This document shows, piece after piece, positions 29,592-38,954 of a DNA stretch of 64,000 nucleotides (its first letter is position 1; the number at the start of each line of letters is the position of its first letter). The notes under the pieces are model-generated. The model searched no databases and had not been told where the DNA came from. It worked only from the letters and a program-made list of their open reading frames with translations. The stretch spans positions 3,906,001 through 3,970,000 of the forward strand of contig UYFQ01000001.1 of the NCBI GenBank assembly GCA_900617105.1, in the 5' to 3' direction. The position numbers were made by a program, and so were the translations under genes. Origin of the DNA: Hydrurus foetidus. Taxonomy: Eukaryota.

Positions 29592-30620
29592 TTATTTCTT
29601 AGCCAGCACGTTCAACTCAGCAGCCGTAGGCAAAAACGAAGCGTTCCAAACGGCATCCGGGTTGACACGTGTCTTGGTGTTGAACGCGTCTGACACTTGT
29701 GATGCCATCAGCGACAAACGCGGGCCGTTGACTTTGCCAAAACCTTCAGCGCGTGCGTTCGGGCTGTTGATGACGGTGTCAATCGCCAGCTTCAGACGGC
29801 GTGTTTCGAGTTCTACGTTCACGATACCGTCACGTGCCTTGACGTCGCCAATTGCAGCGGCCGGGTTACCCATGACGTCTTTCATGCCTTTGGCAAAAGC
29901 CGACAAAAAGGCTTTGACGGCCTCTGGGTTCTCTTTGATCATCTTGGGCGACGCGATGATGGCGTTGCCGTACAGCTTGACGCCGTTAGCGGGGTAAGGC
30001 AACACCACCACGTCTTCTGCTTTGATGCCGCGCGCTTCCAGGTTCAGCAGTGACGTGAAGGTGAAACCGGTGATGGCGTCAATGTCGCCGCGCACCAGCA
30101 TGGTTTCACGCAGTGGCGGGTCCATGGCGGTCCACTGCACGCCCGTGATGTTGTTGGCCTTGGCAAAAATCGGGAAGGCGCGGCGGCCGGCGTCAAACAC
30201 CGGTGCGCCTAGCTTTTTGCCGTTCAAATCTGCGACGGTTTTGATGCCGGACTTTTTCAATGCCATGACCGAAGCCGGCGTGTCGTTGTAGACCATCATC
30301 ACGGCCACAGGCTTGTTGGGTGCGTCTGGGTTGTTCGCGTGAAATTCCATCAGCGCAGCCAAGTCAGCAAAACCCATGTCGTAAGCGCCAGATGCCACAC
30401 GCGTCACAGTGCCGCCGGAACCATTGCCCGCGTCAATCGCGACATCGAGTTTTTTATCTTTGAAGTAACCCTTGGCGGCAGGCGTTAGAAATAAAGCTGC
30501 AGGGCCTTCAAAACGCCAGTCGAGCTGGAACTTAATCGGCGTGGTTTGCGCTTGGGCAGAACCGAATGCGGCTGCCAGTGCCAGGGCGGCGGCGGTTTTA
30601 AAGAAGGTACGTTTGATCAT
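29592..30620 (-). CDS. ABC substrate-binding protein, NMT1/THI5-like
   Basis: Signal peptide, FQLDWRFEGP, KGYF, DLNGKKLG, LYGNAII. Confidence 0.9.
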   Translation of the reverse strand: MIKRTFFKTAAALALAAAFGSAQAQTTPIKFQLDWRFEGPAALFLTPAAKGYFKDKKLDVAIDAGNGSGGTVTRVASGAYDMGFADLAALMEFHANNPDAPNKPVAVMMVYNDTPASVMALKKSGIKTVADLNGKKLGAPVFDAGRRAFPIFAKANNITGVQWTAMDPPLRETMLVRGDIDAITGFTFTSLLNLEARGIKAEDVVVLPYPANGVKLYGNAIIASPKMIKENPEAVKAFLSAFAKGMKDVMGNPAAAIGDVKARDGIVNVELETRRLKLAIDTVINSPNARAEGFGKVNGPRLSLMASQVSDAFNTKTRVNPDAVWNASFLPTAAELNVLAKK

Positions 30621-30690
30621 GAAAAAAGCTCCAGAGGGAAAGGTAGGAATTGAAGTCTAAAAGGGTTGTAAAACGTTGGTGCAGGGGTAG

Positions 30691-30707
30691 TAGCAAAATC
30701 AGTGCCC
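30691..30707 (-). promoter_or_regulatory. Sigma54 promoter for the ABC importer, with possible NtrC-type half-sites at 30732-30771
   Basis: Minus strand GGGCACTGATTTTGCTA (GG-N10-GC spacing); upstream TGCGCCA and TGGTGCG resemble halves of TGCACCA-N3-TGGTGCA. Confidence 0.7.
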
Positions 30708-30822
30708 GTCACGAGCGGTGAATAAGCGATATGCGCCAATCAGATCAGTATTTTCGGGCCGTATTGGTGCGTTTAAACCGTTACAAACGATCATTAACGT
30801 CCGTGAATACCCGGGTGCGTAT

Positions 30823-32046
30823 TTATTCCAGCAAATCGCTCAGCGCGCGGGCCACGACTTTGGTTGCGCGGCGCAGATCTTCGAGGTCTAGCCGCTCATC
30901 AGCGCGTTTTGCATGTGACTCAAGCACGGTGCGCGGCCCAGCGCCGTAAATGACGCCCGGTATGCCCGCTTCGCAAAACAGCCGCACGTCGGTGTACAGG
31001 GGCGTGCCCAGTGCGGGAATCGGCTCGCCAAACACCGCCAGGCCGTGCTTTTGAATCGCGTCGACGAGGGGTTTGTTGCCCGCCAGCGGCTGCATGGCGC
31101 GCGCTAGCAAAATGCGTTTGATGTCGACGGTGACGCCCGCGCTTTGCATGGCAGTGTCAAAGATTATTTTGCGCAAGTCGGCTTCAACCTCTGCTGGGTT
31201 TTCTTCCGGGATCATGCGGCGGTCAAGCTTGAAGGTAACGCGGCCCGGTATCACGTTGGTGTTGGTGCCGCCCTCAATCTGGCCGATGTTCAGGTACGGG
31301 TGGGTGATGCCTTCAACCTTGGAGGTGATTTGTTTGTACAGCGTGTTTTGCGCATACAGCGCCGTCAAAATTTTGTTGGCCGCTTGCAGCGCATCCACAC
31401 CCGAATCAGGGATGGCCGCATGTGCCATCTTGCCGTGTACGGTCACTTCCATTTGCAGGCAGCCGTTGTGCGCGGTAATCACCTGGTAGCTAAAGCCTGC
31501 GGCAATCATCAAATCGGGCTTGATGATGTGGTGTTTTAGCAGCCAGGCCGGGCCAACTTCGCCGCCAAATTCTTCGTCATAGGTAAACAGCAATTCCACG
31601 CTGCCATGCGTGGGTTTGGCCACGGCCTCCAGCGCGCGCACCGCAAAGGCGTAGCTTGCAAAATCACATTTGCTGACGGCAGATGCACGGCCATAAATTT
31701 TGCCGTCGACTATGTTGCCGCCGTACGGGTCTTGGGTCCACCCTTCGCCGGGCGGCACCACGTCGCCATGGGCATTGAGCAGGATGGTTTTACCCGAGCC
31801 GAACTTTCTACGCACTATCAGGTTGGTGATGGATTCCAGCCCTGCTGCACGGACTTCATCAGCAGGCACGGGATGCTTTTCAGCATCCATGCCCATAGCG
31901 TGCAGCAGCTTGGCGGTGTGTTCGGCATGCGCCGCGTTGTTGCCGGGCGGTGTGTCGGTCGGCACGCGAATCAGCGCTTGTAAAAACGCGACCTGTTCGT
32001 CGAAGTGCGCGTCAATCCAGGTGTCAATTTTTTCGTAATCAGTCAT
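30823..32046 (-). CDS. M20 family amidohydrolase (ArgE/DapE-like) with non-canonical metal ligands
   Basis: NAHGDVVPPG.GW..DPY, IYGR, TYDEE, VHGKMAHAAIP..GVDAL, GGTNTNVIPG, DRR. Confidence 0.88.
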   Translation of the reverse strand: MTDYEKIDTWIDAHFDEQVAFLQALIRVPTDTPPGNNAAHAEHTAKLLHAMGMDAEKHPVPADEVRAAGLESITNLIVRRKFGSGKTILLNAHGDVVPPGEGWTQDPYGGNIVDGKIYGRASAVSKCDFASYAFAVRALEAVAKPTHGSVELLFTYDEEFGGEVGPAWLLKHHIIKPDLMIAAGFSYQVITAHNGCLQMEVTVHGKMAHAAIPDSGVDALQAANKILTALYAQNTLYKQITSKVEGITHPYLNIGQIEGGTNTNVIPGRVTFKLDRRMIPEENPAEVEADLRKIIFDTAMQSAGVTVDIKRILLARAMQPLAGNKPLVDAIQKHGLAVFGEPIPALGTPLYTDVRLFCEAGIPGVIYGAGPRTVLESHAKRADERLDLEDLRRATKVVARALSDLLE

Positions 32047-32062
32047 AGCGTTTATGCGAGGG

Positions 32063-33838
32063 TCAATGTTGTTCGTTCGCCAATTGGTGCAGCAGGTGGG
32101 TAAAAGCATCAATGCCCAGTTGAATGTCGTCGCTGGTGGTGCTTTCGAGCGGATTGTGGCTAATGCCTGAATTTTGACCACGCACAAACAGCATGGCTTG
32201 CGGCATGATTTTGTGCAGCTTCATCGCGTCATGGCCTGCGCCGCTGGGCATGGTGTGTAGCGGCACACCGAGCGCTTTGACTGCGGTTTCCCATTTGCTT
32301 TGCCAGGCGGCATCGCTGGGTGCGGCGGCGGCGCGTTCGGTTAATTCCAACGTGTAGTGCACGCCGCGCCGCTGGCAAATCGCTTCCAGTTCGGCCAGTA
32401 CATCGGCGGCCAGCGCGTCGCGCTGCGCATCCAGCGGGGCACGCATGTCCAGCGACAGTGTGCAGCGCCCGGGCACAACATTGATCGAGCCATTGGGCAC
32501 ATTCAACATACCGACTGTGCCGACCGAGTCCGCATCTTGTGCGGCGCGTTTTTCAACATACAAAATCAGCTCGGCGGCAGCTGCGGCAGCGTCGCGCCGA
32601 TTAGCCATGGGCGTGGTGCCCGCATGGCTGGCCATGCCGGTGATCTCGCACAAATAGCGCACGCTGCCGTTAATGCTGGTGACAATGCCGAGCGGAATAT
32701 TCAGTGCATTCAGCACCGGGCCTTGCTCTACATGCACTTCAACAAAGCCCAAATATTGCGATGCGTCACGTTTAATGAGCGGGATTTCAGCAATGTTCAA
32801 ACCTGCATGCGCCATCGCATCCCGCATGGTGATGCCGTCCGTATCTTTTTGGTCTAGCCACTCGGGTTTGAAGTCACCCAGCAACGCACCTGAGCCTAAA
32901 AAAGTCGCCTTATAGCGCTGGCCTTCTTCTTCAGCAAAGCCGACCACTTCAATGTTGAAGGGCAAGCGTTTGCCTTGGGCATGCAGCTGCCTAACGCACA
33001 TCATGGGGGTCAAAATACCCAAGCGGCCGTCGTATTTGCCAGCGTTGCGAACCGTGTCGTAATGGCTGCCGGTCAGCAGTGTTTTAGCGTTTTGCGTTGC
33101 GGCTCTGTAGATACCGACCACGTTGCCCACTGCATCAATGCTGACGTCATCAAACCCACACGCATTCATTTTGCCGGTGATGAAAGTGGCGCAAGCGCGG
33201 TGTGCGTCGGTCAGGTAGGTCACAGTGAGCTGGCCCTTTTCTTTGTAACCGGGGTCGCTGTATTGCGCAAGCGTTTCATGCCAGTCCCACAGCTCGTTGC
33301 CTAACGCGGGAGGCGCGCCAAACTTGTCGTTCAAACGCAATTCGACCACGCGGTTGATGTTGCGCAGGCATTCGGCCAGCTCAAACTCTGGGTGGTTGTT
33401 CAGGCGACGTTCAAAGGTGCTGATGATTTGCTGCTTGCTCAACCCATTGCCGCGCGTGCCGCGCACCGCCAAAATAAAGGGGAAGCCAAACTTGGCGTTG
33501 TAGTCAAGGTTGAGTTGCTGGATGTTGGCGAACTCTTCGGCCGTGCATTGCGTCAGCCCCGCTTTGTTTTGTTCGTTCGTGGACTCTGCCGTCAAGCTTT
33601 GGCTGACCATGGCCTTGCCCGCCAACTCGGGGTGGGCGCGAATCAAATCTAATTGCGCCTGCTTGCCAGCGCCTTGCAGCACAGTCGCCATTACGTGCTT
33701 TAAATGCGCCAGCGATTGAAATGGCCTGGCCGCCAATGCCTTGTCAGCTATCCACGGCGAATGTTCGTACAAGCCGCTTAGCAGCTGCAGTGCCTCAGCA
33801 TGGGGCGCAGTGTTGATTTGATCGAGCGTCAGGGTCAT
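32063..33838 (-). CDS. uraD: Fusion of OHCU decarboxylase (UraD) and allantoate amidohydrolase-like M20 domain
   Basis: N-terminal YEHSPW, IRAHPELAG, EQ..AGL, Y..KFGFPFILAVRG; C-terminal GSHYDTV..GKYDG, EEEG.R, EVHVEQGP, HAGTTPM, SGAGHDA, GISHNPLE. Confidence 0.92.
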   Translation of the reverse strand: MTLTLDQINTAPHAEALQLLSGLYEHSPWIADKALAARPFQSLAHLKHVMATVLQGAGKQAQLDLIRAHPELAGKAMVSQSLTAESTNEQNKAGLTQCTAEEFANIQQLNLDYNAKFGFPFILAVRGTRGNGLSKQQIISTFERRLNNHPEFELAECLRNINRVVELRLNDKFGAPPALGNELWDWHETLAQYSDPGYKEKGQLTVTYLTDAHRACATFITGKMNACGFDDVSIDAVGNVVGIYRAATQNAKTLLTGSHYDTVRNAGKYDGRLGILTPMMCVRQLHAQGKRLPFNIEVVGFAEEEGQRYKATFLGSGALLGDFKPEWLDQKDTDGITMRDAMAHAGLNIAEIPLIKRDASQYLGFVEVHVEQGPVLNALNIPLGIVTSINGSVRYLCEITGMASHAGTTPMANRRDAAAAAAELILYVEKRAAQDADSVGTVGMLNVPNGSINVVPGRCTLSLDMRAPLDAQRDALAADVLAELEAICQRRGVHYTLELTERAAAAPSDAAWQSKWETAVKALGVPLHTMPSGAGHDAMKLHKIMPQAMLFVRGQNSGISHNPLESTTSDDIQLGIDAFTHLLHQLANEQH

Positions 33839-34791
33839 GGTGTGTTGGCTTGGTAAGGATGCGTCTTTTGCCAGTGCCGCGCAATGTCAATGCGGCGGCA
33901 CACCCATACGTGGTCGTGCCTGGCAATGTGGTCTAAAAACTTTTGCAGCGCCACGATGCGGCCCGGTCTGCCCAGCAAGCGGCAATGCATACCGATGCTC
34001 ATCATTTTTGGGCGGTCAAGCCCAGCCGGGTCACCTTCAGCGTACAGCGCATCAAAGCTGTCTCGAAGGTAAATAAAAAAATCTTCAGCTTGCGCAAACC
34101 CCTGCGCTGATGAAAACCGCATGTCGTTCGCATCCAGTGTGTAGGGCACAACCAGCCGCGGAGCCTCCACTCCATCAGTGCGCTTTACTTTCGTCCAAAA
34201 CGGCAAGTCATCGCCATAGTAGTCGCTGTCGTACAACGTACGGCCATCGTCTGCGACCAGGCGTCGGGTATTCGGGCTGTCGCGGCCCGTGTACCAGCCC
34301 AACGGGCAAGTGCCGGTCAGTTTTTCAATTGCGTCCATGCCCTGCCGCATATGCTCTCGCTCGGTCGCTTCATCCATTTGTTGGTAGTTGATCCAGCGCC
34401 AGCCGTGGCAGGCGATCTCGTGGCCAAGCTCGACGAACGCCGCTGTGACGTCGGGCGCTCGCTCAAGCGCCATGCCCACGCCGAAAACAGTCAAAGGCAG
34501 TTGGCGTTTTTCAAACTCACGCAAAATACGCCACACGCCGGCGCGTGAGCCGTATTCGTAAATGCTCTCCATGCTCAGGTGCCGGTCGGCAAAGCTGGGT
34601 GGGTTGAACATTTCTGACAAGAATTGCTCAGACCCTGCGTCGCTGTGCAATACCGAGTTTTCGCCGCCCTCTTCGTAGTTCAATACGAACTGCACGGCAA
34701 TGCGTGCCTTAAACGGCCACTGGGCGTGCGGTGGGTTGCGGCCATAGCCTGCCAAGTCGCGTGGGTAGCCTGCGTTTAGAGATAGGGTCAT
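33835..34791 (-). CDS. puuE: Allantoinase PuuE (polysaccharide deacetylase fold)
   Basis: YPRDLAGYG, QFVLNYEEGGE, SIYEYGSRAGVWR, HGWRW, GWYTGRDS, MMSIGMHCRLLGRPGR. Confidence 0.95.
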   Translation of the reverse strand: MTLSLNAGYPRDLAGYGRNPPHAQWPFKARIAVQFVLNYEEGGENSVLHSDAGSEQFLSEMFNPPSFADRHLSMESIYEYGSRAGVWRILREFEKRQLPLTVFGVGMALERAPDVTAAFVELGHEIACHGWRWINYQQMDEATEREHMRQGMDAIEKLTGTCPLGWYTGRDSPNTRRLVADDGRTLYDSDYYGDDLPFWTKVKRTDGVEAPRLVVPYTLDANDMRFSSAQGFAQAEDFFIYLRDSFDALYAEGDPAGLDRPKMMSIGMHCRLLGRPGRIVALQKFLDHIARHDHVWVCRRIDIARHWQKTHPYQANTP

Positions 34792-34926
34792 GGCCTTGGG
34801 CGTTAGATGAAAATAAATAGTGTCATCTTGCTGCGCTACTGGCAGCTATCATTTGCTAAATTATCGGCGAGTCCACTGCTGCGTGACCTGCCGTTTTCTT
34901 ATGAACCTTATTTGGAATCTTGCATC

Positions 34927-35280
34927 ATGGGCTTAAGCACTCACGTACTGGACACTATGCACGGCAGCCCTGCCAGCGGCATGGCGGTGTCGCTTTTTAC
35001 CACGGTGGGTCTTGACGCAACTCTGGTCAAGCAGTTCACGCTGAACGCCGACGGCCGCAACCCGGACGGCCTGCTGTACGACACCGCGTCTTTAAAAGTG
35101 GGCACCTACCGCCTGGTGTTTGACGTGGCAGGCTACTTTACGGCGCAGGGTGTGACGCTTCCGGAGCCGAATTTTTTAAACCAGGTAACGGTTGACTTTG
35201 GCGTGGCTGACACCGCCGCGCACTACCACGTGCCGCTGCTTGTCAGCCCGTGGAGTTATTCGACTTATCGCGGAAGCTAG
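34927..35280 (+). CDS. uraH: 5-hydroxyisourate hydrolase
   Basis: LSTHVLDT, HYHVPLLVSPWSYSTYRGS. Confidence 0.97.
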   Translation: MGLSTHVLDTMHGSPASGMAVSLFTTVGLDATLVKQFTLNADGRNPDGLLYDTASLKVGTYRLVFDVAGYFTAQGVTLPEPNFLNQVTVDFGVADTAAHYHVPLLVSPWSYSTYRGS

Positions 35281-35327
35281 CTGGCGTTTTCAAGCACGAC
35301 TGCACGAGGCGAAGTGCGCGGCGCGCT

Positions 35328-35912
35328 TTAGTTCTGGCCTTCAGTCAGCGTGTCGAGTTGAAATTTTCCGCTGACGTGCCATAGCCAAGTATCGGTATAA
35401 ACCACTTTGCCCATGCGCGATGGTGCCGGGAAGGGCGCTGCGCTGCGAATGGTGCGTTCAATTTCGGCGACTACTTCGGGCGCGTGGTTTGGTGAGCGCA
35501 TCCAGTCAAGCCGCGTGATGCGACCCACGCTGTCGATTTCTGTGTTTAGCACCCCTACCGCGTAAAGCAGTGGCGGCATTCTGCCTTTGTAAATGCGCGC
35601 TGCGTTCAGGCCATACAAGTGGGTGGCTGCGTCTGACCGGTAAGCACGCGGGGTCGTGGCCACAGAGGATTTGGCCGAGCCCTGGCTGCTGGGAATTGGG
35701 CCAACAACCGGCGAGCTTGGCTCGGCAGCGGTGGCAGCCGGCTCTGACATGGGGGCTGACTTGCAGGCAGCCATCAGTGCGGCGGTTGCAGTGGCCGCCA
35801 TGGCCAGCAGCCAAAATCGGCGTGGTGCACCTGCATCTTGCTGCCCGGCTGAGCGCGGTGATGTACCAACTGATGTACTGGGTGACGAACTAAGGGGCGT
35901 ATCTTGTCTCAT
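35328..35912 (-). CDS. Hypothetical lipoprotein with TonB C-terminal-like domain
   Basis: RRFWL plus lipobox LMAA-C, Pro/Ser linker, IRSAAPFPAP; start uncertain. Confidence 0.65.
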   Translation of the reverse strand: MRQDTPLSSSPSTSVGTSPRSAGQQDAGAPRRFWLLAMAATATAALMAACKSAPMSEPAATAAEPSSPVVGPIPSSQGSAKSSVATTPRAYRSDAATHLYGLNAARIYKGRMPPLLYAVGVLNTEIDSVGRITRLDWMRSPNHAPEVVAEIERTIRSAAPFPAPSRMGKVVYTDTWLWHVSGKFQLDTLTEGQN

Positions 35913-36009
35913 TGTTGTGTGGCCTTGAGTTGATTGGTGTCGCTGCTCCTCACCGAATTTAACCACTTTTAGTTAACTTGGATAATTTAATTTTGGTACT
36001 GTAGCGGCT

Positions 36010-36852
36010 ATGCCATCCACCTTTTCACACTCTGCGGGCACTTTGCTCGGCACATTTTTAGACCAGCTTGCCCATAACCCGGCCGTGCTGGTGCAAGTTG
36101 TTGCCAGCGAAGGCTCGGTTCCACGCGGGGCGGGCACATGGATGGCGGTTTTCGACAATACGCTGGTGGGCACGGTCGGCGGTGGGCATTTGGAACACAC
36201 GGCAATTGCTGCGGCACGCAAGTACATGTGTGAAAAAGTTGGCGCAATACCGCCAGCGCCAGTTCGTTTTGCGCTGGGGCCAGCGTTGGGCCAATGCTGC
36301 GGCGGCGTGATGCATTTGCAATACGAGCGCGTAACAGCGTTAGATGCCGCCAGCTTGGCCTCCAGGTTGGCGCCCGCGCTGAAGCCAGTTGCCCTTTTTG
36401 GGGGCGGCCACGTGGGCCACGCGCTGGCGCGAGTGCTGGCCAGCCTGCCTTTCGCGCTAACGTGGATTGACAGCCGCGATGGCGTGTTTCCCAGCGACCT
36501 GGCTGGCAATGCAGTTTGTGAACATTCAGACCCGGTTGAATTTGCTGTGCGCGATGTGGCACCGCAGTCGTGCGTGCTGATCATGAGTTTTAGCCACGCT
36601 GAAGACCTGGAAGTGCTGGCGGCTTGTTTGGTGCGGCAAAGGTTGCAAGCCGATTTGCCTTTTGTCGGCCTGATTGGCAGCAAAACCAAATGGGCAACCT
36701 TTCAGCGCCGGCTGCTGGCGCGCGGCTTCACTGCCGCTGAGCTGGCCCACGTGACTTGCCCCATCGGCGTGGCCGGTATTTCCGGAAAAGAGCCCGCCGT
36801 GATTGCGGTCAGCGTGGCCGCGCAGTTGCTGCAAACCATTGATCGTCTGTAG
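36010..36852 (+). CDS. xdhC: Xanthine dehydrogenase accessory protein XdhC
   Basis: GSVPR, GTVGGGHLE, LGPALGQCCGG, FGGGHVG, GLIGSKTKW, CPIG..GK.PAVIA. Confidence 0.95.
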   Translation: MPSTFSHSAGTLLGTFLDQLAHNPAVLVQVVASEGSVPRGAGTWMAVFDNTLVGTVGGGHLEHTAIAAARKYMCEKVGAIPPAPVRFALGPALGQCCGGVMHLQYERVTALDAASLASRLAPALKPVALFGGGHVGHALARVLASLPFALTWIDSRDGVFPSDLAGNAVCEHSDPVEFAVRDVAPQSCVLIMSFSHAEDLEVLAACLVRQRLQADLPFVGLIGSKTKWATFQRRLLARGFTAAELAHVTCPIGVAGISGKEPAVIAVSVAAQLLQTIDRL

Positions 36853-36996
36853 AATCAAAGTCCGGGTCGCAGCGGAGCCGGGAAGCGTTTTTGTAGCGTT
36901 TCTTTAGTTCGCGGCCTTTTATGACTGTTCAGAGCGCCCGCAGTGGTGAACAGATTGCACAGCAAACCGACGCCTGTGCTGATAAGGGTGCTTACC

Positions 36997-38235
36997 GTGG
37001 AAAGTTATCTTCTCGACTGGGCCAATTTGCTGCTGCGCTGGGCGCACGTCATTACCGCCATTGCGTGGATTGGTTCGTCGTTTTATTTTGTCTTTTTAGA
37101 CTCCAGCCTCACGCCGCCAGTTGATGAAGATTTAAAAAAACAAGGCGTTAGCGGTGAGCTGTGGGCGGTGCACGGCGGCGGGTTTTATCACCCGGTTAAA
37201 TTTGCCAGCAAGCCGCCGATCATGCCGACCAACCTGCACTGGTTTTACTGGGAAAGTTACAGCACCTGGATCACCGGGTTTGCATTGTTAACCGTGTCAT
37301 ACCTGTGGAACGCCAGCGCTTACCTCATCGACAAGTCACTCATGAACTGGTCGCCCGCTGCGGCAATTGGCGCGGCGCTGTCGTTCTTTGTTGTGTTCTG
37401 GTTGTTGTACGACGCAATTTGCCGCGTGTTTGGCAAAGGCAAAAACGGTGATGCGATAGTCGGAGCGGGTGTGGCGGTATTGGTGTGCGCAGCTTCGTAT
37501 CTGGCCTGCCATTTGTTTGCCGGGCGTGCGGCGTTTTTGCTGGTCGGCGCCATGCTGGCCACCGCCATGAGCGCCAACGTTTTCTTCTGGATCATTCCCG
37601 GCCAGCGCACCGTGGTGGCCGACATCAAGGCTGGCCGCCCGGTTGACCCCATCCACGGCGTGCGCGGCAAGCAGCGCAGCGTGCACAACACCTACTTCAC
37701 GTTGCCCGTGCTGTTTGCCATGCTGAGCAATCACTACAGCTTTACGTGGAGCCATCCGCAAAACTGGCTGATTTTGATTTTGATGATGTTTGCAGGCGCA
37801 GCCATTCGCCAGTTTTTTGTGCTGCGCCACGGCTACAAGCTGGGCCGCAACCGCCACCCCGTCGCCTATGCGCTGGTGGGCTGCATGGTGATTGTGGGTG
37901 TGATTGTTTGGCTGAAACCTGCGCCTTCTACAGGCACGCCAGTTGCTACTGATTCAGGAGCTGCTCGCGCCCGTATTGATTTGGCTGCAGGCCAAAATGG
38001 GTATCAAAAAGTGGCGAAAATAATGGAAACGCGCTGCTATCAGTGCCACGGCGCAGAAGTGCAAATGAAGAACGTGCGGCTCGATTCGCCAACCCTCGTT
38101 AAGCAACACGCCCAGTCGGTTTACCAGCAGGTGGTGTTGCTAAAAATCATGCCGATGAACAATGCCACGGGTATTACCGATGATGAGCGTGGGCGGATCA
38201 AGCAGTGGTTTGAGGATGGGGCTAGGACGGATTAG
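36997..38235 (+). CDS. puuD: Urate hydroxylase PuuD (membrane protein with C-terminal cytochrome c)
   Basis: LRWAHV..AIAWIGSSFYF, WAVHGGGFY, HWFYWESY.TW, MSANVFFWIIPGQR, RSVHNTY, CYQCH, MPMNN; GTG start. Confidence 0.93.
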   Translation: MESYLLDWANLLLRWAHVITAIAWIGSSFYFVFLDSSLTPPVDEDLKKQGVSGELWAVHGGGFYHPVKFASKPPIMPTNLHWFYWESYSTWITGFALLTVSYLWNASAYLIDKSLMNWSPAAAIGAALSFFVVFWLLYDAICRVFGKGKNGDAIVGAGVAVLVCAASYLACHLFAGRAAFLLVGAMLATAMSANVFFWIIPGQRTVVADIKAGRPVDPIHGVRGKQRSVHNTYFTLPVLFAMLSNHYSFTWSHPQNWLILILMMFAGAAIRQFFVLRHGYKLGRNRHPVAYALVGCMVIVGVIVWLKPAPSTGTPVATDSGAARARIDLAAGQNGYQKVAKIMETRCYQCHGAEVQMKNVRLDSPTLVKQHAQSVYQQVVLLKIMPMNNATGITDDERGRIKQWFEDGARTD

Positions 38236-38378
38236 CACCCGTTTCCGTTGTTAAGCTTGGGTAGGCAAAAAATGTCATCGTGTGTTGCTGAAACAACCCT
38301 TTTTCACATTAGCTGGCGCTTAAACTAACGACGGAATTCAGAGTCATTTTTAATTCTGTTTGCGGACGACAAATACTC

Positions 38379-38837
38379 ATGCCCAAATTAAACGAGATGT
38401 TCGATTTAACTAATCGAGCATCAAAACTCAGTCATGCAGTTGAAATTTGGGCATCTTGGAATGAAGCACGCCTTCAAACGCTCAACCGAATAACCAATTA
38501 TCTGTTTGTCCTTAATTCGGGCGCACTTATTGGATGTTTGACATACGTTGCGTCTAAGGCCCCCAATTTTTCTATTCAGTGCGCCATATGGTTGTTTGCT
38601 GCTGGGGTTTTATGCAGCGTGTTTCACGCCGCTTTAGATTACTCTGCCGCAGAGTATTCCTTCACAACTTACAAACTAAAACTTGGCCAGTTCTATGCCA
38701 ACAGTTTGGACTGGACTGAATTGATAAAGGAAGACGAAAAGCAGGGGAAACTCGACCGGTGTTTGCATATTCTTGGTTGGGTTGGTGGCATCGCTTTTAT
38801 CGTAGGTGTGTTTGTTGGCATTCCGCAAATTCGATGA
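38379..38837 (+). CDS. Hypothetical three-TM membrane protein, AT-richer than flanks
   Basis: 152-aa ORF with hydrophobic segments and visibly different codon usage. Confidence 0.6.
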   Translation: MPKLNEMFDLTNRASKLSHAVEIWASWNEARLQTLNRITNYLFVLNSGALIGCLTYVASKAPNFSIQCAIWLFAAGVLCSVFHAALDYSAAEYSFTTYKLKLGQFYANSLDWTELIKEDEKQGKLDRCLHILGWVGGIAFIVGVFVGIPQIR

Positions 38838-38954
38838 CACAGGCTGTCAGCCCATCGCGCCACTTGACCGCACGGTTCGCTTCATTCTTCTATTTTAAAA
38901 ACCGTGGTTTGATGCCGGTACAGAGGACTCTTGAGTTGACCTGCGGTTAAGCGG

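Noticed and set aside
30621..30822. Xanthine-I (NMT1 motif) or TPP riboswitch upstream of the NMT1/THI5-like gene
   Set aside because: No recognisable consensus; the region is explained by a sigma54 promoter and a short leader
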